A program made the translations under genes and the position numbers. Under the pieces are notes generated by a model. It saw nothing but the letters and a program-made list of their open reading frames with translations. It was not told the DNA's origin and did no database searches. A stretch of 48,327 nt of DNA from Octopus bimaculoides (lineage: Eukaryota), in the NCBI RefSeq assembly GCF_001194135.2, contig NC_068989.1:5701599-5749925 (forward strand), in the 5' to 3' direction. This document shows positions 11,001 through 22,443 of this stretch, piece after piece (the first letter of the stretch is position 1; each line of letters begins with the position of its first letter).

Positions 11001-11799
11001 TAGGGATGTTTAATGGCGATGCTGCAACAATCTCATCTATCAACAAAGTTTCATGTGACATCAATAAGCGCAACTGTATCCTTAGGCAAGATTCACAGTT
11101 CTGCTTAGATTTAATCAGATGTGGGTCATTTCCTCCATCTCCCATTCCTAAGAGAAATAAAAACAAGATAGGTTTGGATGGAGATTAGAAGAAGCTTGCA
11201 GTCATCTGTGTCGGCCTTGACCTCTCTGTTCCCCTCTCTCTCCACACACACACACACACACACATCATATCACATTTTTTTATCTTTGCATCACNNNNNN
11301 NNNNTATACTATCTATATCTCTTCACGCATCTTCGCATACATCTAAACCAATGCAACAAACACATTCATAAATACCTACGCACACACATACCACTACATA
11401 GATTCACATCCAACACACAGCAGTAAATAGCTACATACACACACACACACACACACACATCAGATATATCAATACCCAAGCCACATGTGTATTCACAATC
11501 GTCCGCCACCACCACCATCGCTGCCACTGCACCCGAGCACCTGTATGTGCAAACTTCCATAGGTATGTACATGCAGGCATGTCAATACCACATGCAAAAT
11601 CATTGAAACGTGTTCCAACAGACACACATGCACACTCATTTGTACATACATGCACACACACACACACAAACACACTCATTCACGTGTACTAAAACATACT
11701 CAGGTACCTACAAACACACATACATAATCAGGTACACTTACCTACATGATGATGGTGATGATGAAAAGTATATATAATATATAGACTTATATATATGTA

Positions 11800-12025
11800 T
11801 TTATGTATTTGTGTGTCAGTGTTAGTCCCCCACCATCACTTGACAACCGATGTTGGTTTGTTTACGTCCCCGTAACTCAGTGGTTTGGCAAAAGAGTCCG
11901 ACAGAATAAGTACTAGGCTTACAAAGAATAAGTCCTGGGGGGGGGGGGGTCGATTTGTTCGACTAAAGGCGGCGCTCCAGCATGGCCGCAGCGAAACGAC
12001 TGAAACAAGTAAAAGCAAAAGGAAA
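11800..12025 (+). mobile_element. SINE family A, 3' half
   Basis: CCCCCACCATCACTTGACAACCGATG...GCTCCAGCATGGCCGCAG...GACTGAAACAAGTAAAAG. Confidence 0.9.
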
Positions 12026-12191
12026 TAAATTGATATATATACAATTGCTTACCAACTTTCCAATCTGCACACCTACCATTGTTTCAGTCAGTTAACGAAT
12101 CTATTAACACACACAATACGTTATCAATTATTCAACCTACCCACCAACCTACATACCAACTAAACCACTGCTCTAAACAAACATGTACACG

Positions 12192-12231
<40 letters not shown>

Positions 12232-12244
12232 CTGTGTATATATA

Positions 12245-12292
<48 letters not shown>

Positions 12293-12544
12293 TATATACA
12301 CTGTGTGTATATAGACAGATATGCACACATATAATTCAATATATTTATGCACACAATCATTTATCAATTTATCACATTATAAATCTACCCACCTAGATAT
12401 CGATATATCTACGTAGGTATTAATTAATTTATCTATCTATTGATATACAATTATTTATCAGCTTTGCAAAAATATACCTACCTACCTACCCACCTACTCG
12501 TCTACCGACCAGACCATATGTCATCAGTTAATTAAATGAGCCAA

Positions 12545-12750
12545 TGAGAGAGCTCCTATGTGATTGACTCCTCAACCTGCTAAAAATAATAGTAAACCTT
12601 CCTCAAATCACACCCTATCTTCCTAAAAATGGAAAGGTGCAAGAGACTACACAGTTAGAAATATACAAAAATATATATATGGATAGTCATGGTTGGCGTG
12701 TCTTCTCATTATAGGTCTGCTTAATTAGGCTGACCTAGATTTAAATAACA
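12545..12750 (+). repeat. Unclassified dispersed repeat (inverted relative of about 24720-24880)
   Basis: CTCAACCTGCTAAAAATAA...CTCAAATCACAC aligns loosely with the reverse complement of GTGTGATTTGAAG...TATCTAGCAGACTGAG at about 24815-24860. Confidence 0.45.
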
Positions 12751-12831
12751 GCTTTAATCTAATATTCAATCTATTTACCTATTGATTAATTTTATTACTT
12801 TTATTTTCTATTTATTTTGTTTCTTCACTTA

Positions 12832-13260
12832 TCTTTTACGTTTTACTTGTTTCACTCATTGGACTGTGGTCATGCTGGGGCACAGCCTTGAAGTGCTTAT
12901 GTGAACATATCAGCCCTAGTGCTTATTCGTTTTTTTCTTTATTTGATATTTATTCTTTTGATCTTTTAACTGAACTGCCAAGTTAAAAAGATGTAAACAA
13001 ACCAACACCAACTGTCTAGGTGGTGATGGGAAACAAGCACAAACAGACACACATTCATTGATCTATTTATCACTATAATTCTGCCTGCCTACCTATCTAC
13101 CTACATACCTATGCACCAGGCTTCCACACAGTTTCTGTCCACCAAATCCTCTCACAAGGCATTCATTAGCCTGAGGCTGTAGTAAAAGACATTTGCCAAG
13201 AGTGCCCAGCCATGGAATTGAACCCCCACACCACAGAGTTACAAAGCGAGTTTGAATACT
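12832..13260 (-). mobile_element. Old, degenerate SINE family A
   Basis: Both 3' half (TTACTTGTTTCA...CATGCTGGGGCAC) and 5' half (CCAAATCCTCTCACAAGGC...AAGACATTTGCCAAG) present in reverse orientation. Confidence 0.75.
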
Positions 13261-13431
13261 TTTAGTTTCCGCCTGACACTCTATCTTATCAGTTTCTAGA
13301 CCTGGGCCCTTCGAGAAAAACGAAAGCAGATTGGACATGGGTATGATTGGAACTCAAGACATGAAGCAATCTAAGGAAACCAAAGCTAAATATTGGGCCA
13401 TCCATCTAACCCCTACCTTTCTATTTATTGA

Positions 13432-13613
13432 TGATTTAGATTATTTACATTATTTACATTCGATGGATATTTGTCCTCATCTTGTTTGTTGTTAACACAA
13501 CGGTTCGACTAATAAACCCTCCACCCTTCATCAGGTGTTTTGGGGAAATTTCGAGCTTGGGTTCGAAATTTCCCCAAGACACCTGATGAACACGTTTCAG
13601 CTGATATACCCTC
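13432..13613 (-). mobile_element. Penelope-like element (PLE) pseudo-LTR fragment with inverted duplication
   Basis: Contains a minimal hammerhead core on the minus strand, a 30-bp inverted repeat (13527-13556 / 13561-13590) and a direct repeat (13500-13521 / 13592-13613, 17/22). Minimal hammerheads in rearranged pseudo-LTRs are typical of PLEs. Confidence 0.65.
13494..13539 (-). ncRNA. Decayed minimal type I hammerhead ribozyme
   Basis: Minus strand AACAC-CUGAUGA-A-(stem II remnant)-GAACC-GUU-GUGUU. Stem I (AACAC/GUGUU) is perfect; GAAAC is mutated to GAACC; stem II is partly broken. Confidence 0.6.
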
Positions 13614-14083
13614 AAGTGAGGATTAAGAATCATTCTAACTGTTTTAGTTTGTTTTTTTTAACTTTTAACAGTTCACACTTCAGAACATTTCTGCATTTAA
13701 ATCATTAGTAGATTGAAGACAACATAAATGCAAATATTTAAACGTTTTTCTTTTTTTCTTTTTACATTCCACATACAATTTCAACACTTCTGTTTTTGCA
13801 TTATTAATATTTTTCATGATGTGAAAGAGATAATTTCACATTATCTCTTCTACATCATATATTGTTATACACATACACACATATGCATACACACTCACAC
13901 ACATCACATAACATTCAGCTTTATATGCTACAAACAACTCTGTTTACTAGATTCTAAATTTTTCAATTTCCAAATCTTTTACACCTTAAAACATTTCTAT
14001 ATCTATTTTCAACTTTACTATTTAAATTTCTGTTATACACATATATATATACACACAGACACACATATATATGTACATACATA

Positions 14084-14123
<40 letters not shown>

Positions 14124-14499
14124 NNNNNNNNNNNNNNNNNNNNNNNNNNNNNNNNNNNNNNNNNNNNNNNNNNNNNNNNNNNNNNNNNNNNNNNNNNNNN
14201 NNNNNNNNNNNNNNNNNNNNNNNNNNNNNNNNNNNNNNNNNNNNNNNNNNNNNNNNNNNNNNNNNNNNNNNNNNNNNNNNNNNNNNNNNNNNNNNNNNNN
14301 NNNNNNNNNNNNNNNNNNNNNNNNNNNNNNNNNNNNNNNNNNNNNNNNNNNNNNNNNNNNNNNNNNNNNNNNNNNNNNNNNNNNNNNNNNNNNNNNNNNN
14401 NNNNNTGGGTTATTGAACTTAATAGATGATGATGATGATGGTGATGGTGCTGATGATGACGATGACGGTAGTGATGGGGATGGTGATGATGATGACTAT

Positions 14500-14960
14500 T
14501 TTCGTTGTTATTGTGCTTTCATGTGAGTTCTCTGCTAAACTACAAGATCGCTTTCATGTTCCCGAGGTGTGCACAAGAATTGTCTCCTGAGGAAAGAGGA
14601 AAGTCAGTTTTGAGTAACGTCTAATGTTCTTCCATATTGCTGTGTTATTCTCGTTTGTTGAGAAGGTTTGTAAAGGATTCGAAGACGATTGTGCAGAATA
14701 TGTGCTCTGTGGGTTTGTGCTAGCGTACTGGGAGGTGACTGTGTAGAAGGTGCGGAGTGCTGTTTGTGCTTTGCAATTGAATAGAGAGGTGATTGTATAG
14801 AATGTGAATTGTGCGAAGCATGGAGGAATATTAAGAGGCTTTTGTATGGAATATGTTCTGTATGATATGCGTCACAGTGCTGGAATGGGAATGTGTAGAA
14901 TACCGTATTCTCTGGCATATAAGTCAATGTAATATAAAGCATAAACATGTAGTGCAAATG
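14500..14960 (-). mobile_element. Possible non-LTR retrotransposon 3' fragment (clade unresolved)
   Basis: Long, nearly open minus frames ending just before a (CAT)n tail; only weak resemblance to CR1/L2-group reverse transcriptase C-termini. Confidence 0.3.
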
Positions 14961-15786
14961 TTCAATCATTGTCACAATCTTTCCAAATCATGCTGCATTT
15001 TACAAGGAATTTTTGGTCCTTCGAAGTTATGTTGGGATTTTGTGGAGGGTCAAAATTGGTGACAAAAACAGAACAGTGGAAACAAACAGGAAGGGCTGCT
15101 AAGCTTAAACAAGGTTGTGGTGGCGAACGCAAAGAAACAAGCTTGGACAGGAGACAGACAAGAATATGTCTTCTTTGTCCAGCTGCAACAAGGAGAAAGA
15201 ATGAAACACAAGTTAGGAGAAGAAAGAAAAATGGCCGATGGTCAGGTGGGAGCCACGTGAGCAAAGGAGGAAGAGTGGGAGAGAGAGAGTGACAGACAGG
15301 GAACTAGTTGTATGCTGTCAACTTAATGTGACAGTCCCCTGAAGGGAATAATACTACTGTTGGTTAGACCTAGGAAGCTGCACCGCTTCCTGTCGGCCTT
15401 GACACATTTCCTGTGTCCTTATGTTTACAAGGGGGAGACAAGCACCTCCACCCAGCTAAGCCTGCATCCAGAGACATGTTTCTGAGTCTTTGCTTGTCAT
15501 CAGTCTGGAGTAGCATGACCTGCTAGTCGAAGATGCCTGTCAAGCTCTTGTAAACATATAATAATTCTAGTGAAATACATTCAAAATTATTTCTAAACAG
15601 AGAGGAAGGGGAGAGGAAAAAATTTGGAGATAGGATAAGAGAGAAAAAAAGAGAGTGAGAAGGGGAGGTAAAAGTATAAGAGAAAGGGAGAAAACGAAAG
15701 AGTAAGAGGATAGAATAGTGGGAGAAGAGAAGGTAAAAGAATAAGAGAAAAGAAGAGACATACACATACATATACACACACGCACA

Positions 15787-15817
<31 letters not shown>

Positions 15818-16127
15818 CTTAATGTCCTGAAAGGATAAAAATATGGAGCATTTCCAATACAGCATTCAACCTAAGCTTGAGGCTGTGTACCTATCTACAC
15901 TTTTGAATTGCAGTCTTGAGAAAGCTCGAAATTCCTCTGGTGTAACAAAATCCAGGTATGCATACTTAAATACTTCATGTGTCACACACCTGACAAAGCA
16001 GAGCACCTCGTTAATCAAACTAGTTGGCCAAAATTCTGGATGCAAACAGCTATTTACTTCTGTGTAACATTTTATTTGATTCTCTTACCATATGAAAGTG
16101 TGTATATATATATATATATATATATAT

Positions 16128-16490
16128 TCATTTATTCTTTTACTTGTTTCAGTCATTTTACTGTGGCCATGCAGGAGCACCACCTTTTAGTCAAGCAAAT
16201 CAACACCAGGACTTATTCTTTGTAAGCCTAGTACTTATTCTATCAGTCTCTTTTTGTCGAACTGCTAAGCTATGGGGACGTGGGGACAAACACAGACACA
16301 CAAGCATACACACACATATACATATATACGATGGGCTTCCTTCAGTTTCCGTCTACTAAATCCACTCACAAGGCTTTGGCCGGCCCGAGGCTATAGAAGA
16401 CACTTGCTCAAGGTTCCATGCAGTGGGACTGAACCCGGAACCATGTGGTTGGTAAGCAAGCTAATTACCACACAGCCACTCCTGTGCCTA
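16128..16490 (-). mobile_element. Full-length SINE family A
   Basis: Complete reverse-complement copy from TTCTTTTACTTGTTTCAGTC to CACAGCCACTCCTGTGCC. Confidence 0.92.
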
Positions 16491-16526
16491 TATATATATA
16501 TGTACATGTATGTATGTATGTATATA

Positions 16527-16695
16527 TAGGCACAGGCATGGCTGTGTTATAAGAAGCTTGCTTTCCAATCACATGGTTCTGGGTTCAGTCCCACTGCATG
16601 GCACCTTGGGCAAGTGTCTTCTACTATAGCATCGGGCTGACGAAAGCCTTGTGTGTAGATTTGATATACAGAAAATGTAAGAAGCCCATCACATG

Positions 16696-16734
<39 letters not shown>

Positions 16735-17045
16735 TTGTGTTTGTCCCCCCAACATTGCTTGACAACCGATGTTGGTGTGTTTATGTCCCCATAACTTAAC
16801 AGCTTGGGTGTGTCTTTGTATCTGTGTTTGTCCCTCACCATTGCTTGACAACAGGTGCTGTTGTGTTTACGTCCCTTCAACTTAGAGGTTTGGCAAAAGC
16901 GACCGACAGAACAAGTACCAAGCTTAAAACATAAAAAAAACAAAAGAACTGGTACCGATTCATTCGACTCAGAATTTGTCAAGATGGTGTTCCATCATGG
17001 CCACAGTCAAATGATTGAAAGACGACAAAAGATAAAGGATAAAGC
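16527..17045 (+). mobile_element. SINE family A with duplicated 3' module
   Basis: Head GGCACAGGCATGGCTGTG; the module TGTTTGTCCC...CATTGCTTGACAAC...GTGTTTA(T/C)GTCCC...AACTTA occurs twice (about 16735 and 16825). Confidence 0.9.
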
Positions 17046-17207
17046 ATAAAAGATACCAAACTGATGTTTACAAATCAATGAGAATCTGAAGAAGGAGACA
17101 GTTTCACATGGACTGAGATTAAAAGAACTAACGATCCACACTAACTCCCAATCAATTATTTTTTTCCTTATCGCTTTTCTAAGCATTGTGAATATTGCAT
17201 GGCTAAG

Positions 17208-17330
17208 TCCAGATGCAGGCTATTGCAGCTGAAATTGGAATCTCAGCATTATCATAGTTTCTCTGATGCTTTCTCATGCTGCTTCTCTCTTATCACAAAT
17301 TGTTCTATCTCGGTGGGAGCCATTTCAAAA
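17208..17330 (+). pseudogene. Possible highly decayed mariner transposase HTH fragment
   Basis: Frames give MQAIAAEIGISALS, then SYHKL and (after a shift) SRWEP, resembling the mariner xxIAxExGIS...YxKLxxRWVP region. Confidence 0.3.
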
Positions 17331-18522
17331 CTACACGTTGCACATGTCTTTTCGGTAATTTCAAACAGAGCTTACAATAACTTTCTACACAATAAATGTG
17401 AATGTGAGGAGGTAAGAAATGGCGGTTGTTTATTCCTCGTCATCAGTGCTGCCATACTGGTGGTACCACTACTGCTACCACCAAGACTGTTTATGAATTC
17501 ATGAGGTGGGTTTTTCTTCGGTTCTTATACACTTGCATGTGTTTGATTTATTCTCCCCATCACATGACTCCGATCTCTGCAGGAACTGAGTGGTCAGTTG
17601 TGTTGCCATGCAACAGAGGAGATGAGAATTTGATTCTGCAACAAAACACCTAAATGAACATAGCCATGTAGCCATGTAACTTCAATTTCCTTATACATGA
17701 ACACACATGCCAGGTGTGCGCAAATGCATGCCTCCATGAATGTCTGTGTTTGTATGTGCGTGTTTGTATATATATGTATGTATGTGTCTGTATGTCTGTG
17801 TATACACACACACATACACACAGAGGCATATATGAAATATTTAAAAGGATTTATTCAAATAATGATTGTACACATTTCAATAATAGACTTATTATACATT
17901 CATACAATAAACAGCCATGATTTCTTCAGGAATTGAAATTTAAACAAATGTTAGAAAGGAATAAAAAAAATTTTTTTAGAAACTATGGTATTTGATATTA
18001 CACATCGAAGAAATTTATACCATACAGTTGACACAAAAAACAAAATGAAAAGCTATGATATAAAACAGAAAACAAATACGCCAAAACAAAATATGAAAGA
18101 GTGAAAGACAAAATATGTATGATATATATATATATAAGTAATTCACATAATTTCCATATTGAATTTCTAAGTTATAGTAAATTGTCTTAAAACATTTTGA
18201 TAAATCTTTCCATTGAAATTTATACTATACACACACACACACACACATATATATATGTGCATACATACATATATATGTATACACACACACACATATCACA
18301 TCTACATGTCGGTGTGTGCATGTTTGTGTACATACATACCCATTTTCATTTTCAATAAGACCTTGTTAATTAAATAAATGATATAAGAAAACTAATGATT
18401 TCTCTGATGGCAACACAAAGACCCATCAATCACATGCTTAATTAGCACCTCACTAATTGCACTACACGGTGTCTACTGCTTTTTGCTGGCAAACTAAACC
18501 CACCTTAATATGTTATATAGCA

Positions 18523-18659
18523 ACATGGTTCCAGGTTCAGTCCCACTGCGTGGCACCTTGGGCAAGTGTCTTCTACTATAGCCTGGGGCTGACCAAAGCC
18601 TTGTGAGTGGATTTGGTAGACAGAAACTGAAAGAAGCCCATCGTATATATGTATGTATA
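18523..18659 (+). mobile_element. SINE family A, 5' half running into an assembly gap
   Basis: GGTTCAGTCCCACTGCGTGGCACCTTGGGCAAGTGTC...AAGAAGCCCATCG then (TA)n and Ns. Confidence 0.9.
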
Positions 18660-19148
18660 NNNNNNNNNNNNNNNNNNNNNNNNNNNNNNNNNNNNNNNNN
18701 NNNNNNNNNNNNNNNNNNNNNNNNNNNNNNNNNNNNNNNNNNNNNNNNNNNNNNNNNNNNNNNNNNNNNNNNNNNNNNNNNNNNNNNNNNNNNNNNNNNN
18801 NNNNNNNNNNNNNNNNNNNNNNNNNNNNNNNNNNNNNNNNNNNNNNNNNNNNNNNNNNNNNNNNNNNNNNNNNNNNNNNNNNNNNNNNNNNNNNNNNNNN
18901 NNNNNNNNNNNNNNNNNNNNNNNNNNNNNNNNNNNNNNNNNNNNNNNNNNNNNNNNNNNNNNNNNNNNNNNNNNNNNNNNNNNNNNNNNNNNNNNNNNNN
19001 NNNNNNNNNNNNNNNNNNNNNNNNNNNNNNNNNNNNNNNNNNNNNNNNNNNNNNNNNNNNNNNNNNNNNNNNNNNNNNNNNNNNNNNNNNNNNNNNNNNN
19101 NNNNNNNNNNNNNNNNNNNNNNNNNNNNNNNNNNNNNNNNNNNNNNNN

Positions 19149-19165
19149 CGACGCTCTTCCGATCT
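19149..19165 (+). other. Illumina adapter remnant (assembly artefact)
   Basis: CGACGCTCTTCCGATCT, the 3' end of the TruSeq read-1 adapter, immediately after an N-gap. Confidence 0.92.
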
Positions 19166-19999
19166 GACTGGGAAACTAACTTCTTACCACACACCCATGC
19201 CTGTGCCTGTTATTACCATGCAGCTATACCTGTGTCTATAATACAATGAATTAAACAATCAACAGGTAAAATTTGAATATAAATGACATAATTGTATAAT
19301 TGGGGTTAATTATTGTTATAAACATAAGCATTCTTTCATTCAGTCATATATATATACATATTTATATGATTGTGGCTATTTGCACATATTTATTTGCACA
19401 CACAAACACACACACATAATTATCAATTAACAGCTATAATTTTAATTCAAATAATGGAAGGCATTATAAGCACTCATTTAACACAGAAAAAAATATCTAA
19501 TTTACATAATTATGGATAATTCTTCACATGCGCACACTCACCCACCTATGCATAGGTATGTATGTATGTATGTATGTATGTATGTATGTATTCTTTTGTT
19601 CATTTTGATATATGCATGTTTATGCAGATATTTGCAAATATATATTTGTTCACAAACACACTGAAACACATGCTCTTACACACACACACTTTCAAATATA
19701 TGATTATGAATTAACAGCTAAAATCTTAATAGAAATAATAATAATTACTATGCATATTTTATTTGACACAAGAAAGGTACAATACACAGAAAATAAGCAA
19801 ATACAGAAGCCTGACCGGTCACTATCAGTTTGAGCCGGTCACAGTTGTGACCTCAAGTGTTTTCAGACCCCGTTGTCAAGATAACTATGGCCTGTCTGAG
19901 AATTGGGCAACATGAGATGTGTTGATTACTGCAGTGAGTACCACTGGTCATTCTCTATAGTAACACTACTGCAATCATGTGCATGAGATGCATCTAAAA

Positions 20000-20330
20000 A
20001 GCCGTAGCTTGCTTACCAACCACATGGTTCTGGAACCGGTCCCACTGTGTGGCACTTTGGGCAAGTGTCTTCTACTATAGCCTCAGGCTGACCAAAGCCT
20101 TTTGAGTGGATTTGGTAGACGGAAACTGAAAGAAGCCCATCGTATGTATATATATGTATGTCTGTGTGTGTTTGTCCCCCCCCCCCCCAACATCGCTTGA
20201 CAACCGATGCTGGTGTGTTTACATCCCTGTAACTTAGCGGTTCGGCAATAAGTCCTGGGGTTGATTTGCTCGACTAAAGGTGATGATCCAGCATGGCCAC
20301 AGTCAAATGAGTAAAACAAGTAAAGGAGTA
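20000..20330 (+). mobile_element. SINE family A (internal deletion in 3' half)
   Basis: Family A body with internal microsatellite; jumps from GGTTCGGCAA to TAAGTCCTGGGG. Confidence 0.88.
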
Positions 20331-20854
20331 ACCTGATACCCTCCCCCCCCACCTGCCATCTTACCCTGCTTAATTCCCCCCTTTTTCCTTTGTTTCCTTG
20401 GTGAAGTAATTACGGGGGTTATTTTCTTGATAATTTGATCTTTCTAACTTTTAATGCTTTTTTTCTTTCTTTTCTTCTTATAAAAATATGTTCTTTATAA
20501 AAACAAAGTCTAATATAGCAGACAGAAAAAGGAAAGGGTCGTATGGTTAGGGCTCACTGTTGCCCAACAGAAATACAGGTTTGTTGTTTGGGTAACAACT
20601 TTATTTTGCAACCAGGTAGTTTGGGTTCAATTTCATTGTACAGTACCTTAGGTAAATGTTTTCTATGGTAGACTTGGGCTAATCAATGCCTTGTGAGTAG
20701 AATTGTTAGATGGAAACTACATCGAAGCCGAGGCATGACAGAAAAAGCAAGAATTCAAAAAAACCTGCCTGAGATACCTTTTTGTCCAACTCATGCTAGC
20801 ATGGAAAAACGCAAGATAAATGACTGAATGGAATGTGTGTGTGTGTGTGTGTGT

Positions 20855-21135
20855 ATCACCATCATCATCATCATCATCATCATCATTATATTCATTATTA
20901 TCATCATCATCATCATCACCACTATCATCATTGTTGTTTTAATGACAGCTTTTCCATGCTTGCATGGTTTGGGCACAATCTGTCAAGGCAGATTTTCTAT
21001 GGCTGGATGGTCTTCCTGTTGCCAACCCTCACCTGTTTCCAAGCAAGGAAATCATTTCCCCATGGCCAGGCATGTCTCAGAAAATTGGAAATGAATGAAA
21101 TTTATTTCCAACAATCATGCAATGGTGAGACAAGG
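20855..21135 (-). mobile_element. RTE-type LINE 3' end (family D variant) with long (GAT)n tail
   Basis: (CAT)n, then TTTCCATGCTTGCATGG...GGCTGGATGGTCTTCCTGTTGCCAACC. Confidence 0.7.
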
Positions 21136-21139
21136 TGAC

Positions 21140-21490
21140 AAACACACACAGACACACATACATACACACAAACACACATACACACGCACAAACACAGATA
21201 CACATACAAACACATGCATACACAGAAACAAACAAACATTTACACACACAGACACATGCATACACACAAACACAAACGCACACAAAAACACATACTTACA
21301 CACACAAATGCATGCACACAAACACACACTTACGCACATACACTTATACACACGCACACACAAAAACACACACAAACACACACAAACACACACAATAACA
21401 CATACATACAAACACTCACACAAACACACACACACATAAAAACACATACACATATGTAAACACATACACACAGACACATGCACACACACA
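21140..21490. repeat. Degenerate (CA)n-rich microsatellite
   Basis: Direct reading of the sequence. Confidence 0.95.
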
Positions 21491-21494
21491 ACAG

Positions 21495-21650
21495 GGATTC
21501 TTTCAGTTTCTGTCTACCAAGCCTGCTCGCAAGGATTTAGTTGGCCGAGGGCTGTTGTAGAAGACACTCACCCAAAGTGCCACACAGTGGCACTGAACCC
21601 CGAACTGTTTTAGTTGGGAAGGAAAATTCCTAACCACACAGCCCCCCTGC
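21495..21650 (-). mobile_element. SINE family A, 5' half
   Basis: TTCTTTCAGTTTCTGTCTACCAA...AGAAGACACTCACCCAAAGTGCCACACAGTGG...ACCACACAGCC. Confidence 0.8.
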
Positions 21651-22221
21651 ACACACACCCATACTCACACACATGCACATACTTTCGCATAGATTATAAA
21701 GCAGAATGTCTCTCCAATTAAGGCCATAGAATTATGCGTTGCATTATGCATGTGTGGGTGTAAGCACGTGTGTGTATGTGTGAATGTGTAGATAGTGAAT
21801 AATTGTGTATGCTTGTTTGTGTGTTAACATGTGTGTGTATATGTTCTCGGGTTTCAAATTTTGCATTTATCTACAAAATGCATCTAATTATTTTAATGAA
21901 TGCACACACAAACACACACACACATGCAAACACATGTACAGGTGTGAACATCCATAGGCTCTGAAATACCTACATGCTGACGTCTATATAAGTGTGTGTA
22001 TGTGTGTGTTTGCATGTGTGTATACAATATCACTCAACCATGTGTAAACATGCAGCCTGTATGGTGTTTATACACCTACGTACATAGATTACATACAATA
22101 TAACAGAGACAAACACAGCCTAAATAAAACGTACACATATACACACACATGTTAACACTGCATTGTCAATATTCATATGCAGACAGGATGATATACCTTC
22201 ATACAGGCATACATATATACA

Positions 22222-22252
<31 letters not shown>

Positions 22253-22398
22253 GGGGCGCATGGCCCAGTGGTTGGAGTGTTGGACTCACGGTGGGTATGG
22301 ATGGAAAGTGTGGAGTGGGGGGGGTGAATTTGAAGGAACGAGAGAGATGAAACTAATGAGAATCCTGAAAAGGACATATAAGGAAGGAAAGGTGTAGA

Positions 22399-22443
<45 letters not shown>

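Noticed and set aside
10990-11150. Strong minus-strand acceptor followed by an open frame (MGDGGNDPHLIK...)
   Set aside because: No convincing donor; the frame runs into a tetranucleotide repeat; no recognisable protein.
15040-15240. VVANAKKQAW-like peptide suggesting an RTE linker
   Set aside because: Single short motif, no flanking support.
22253-22291. tRNA-like head GGGGCGCATGGCCCAGTGGTTGG
   Set aside because: Truncated SINE head without B box or cloverleaf; no true tRNA gene is supported anywhere in the window.
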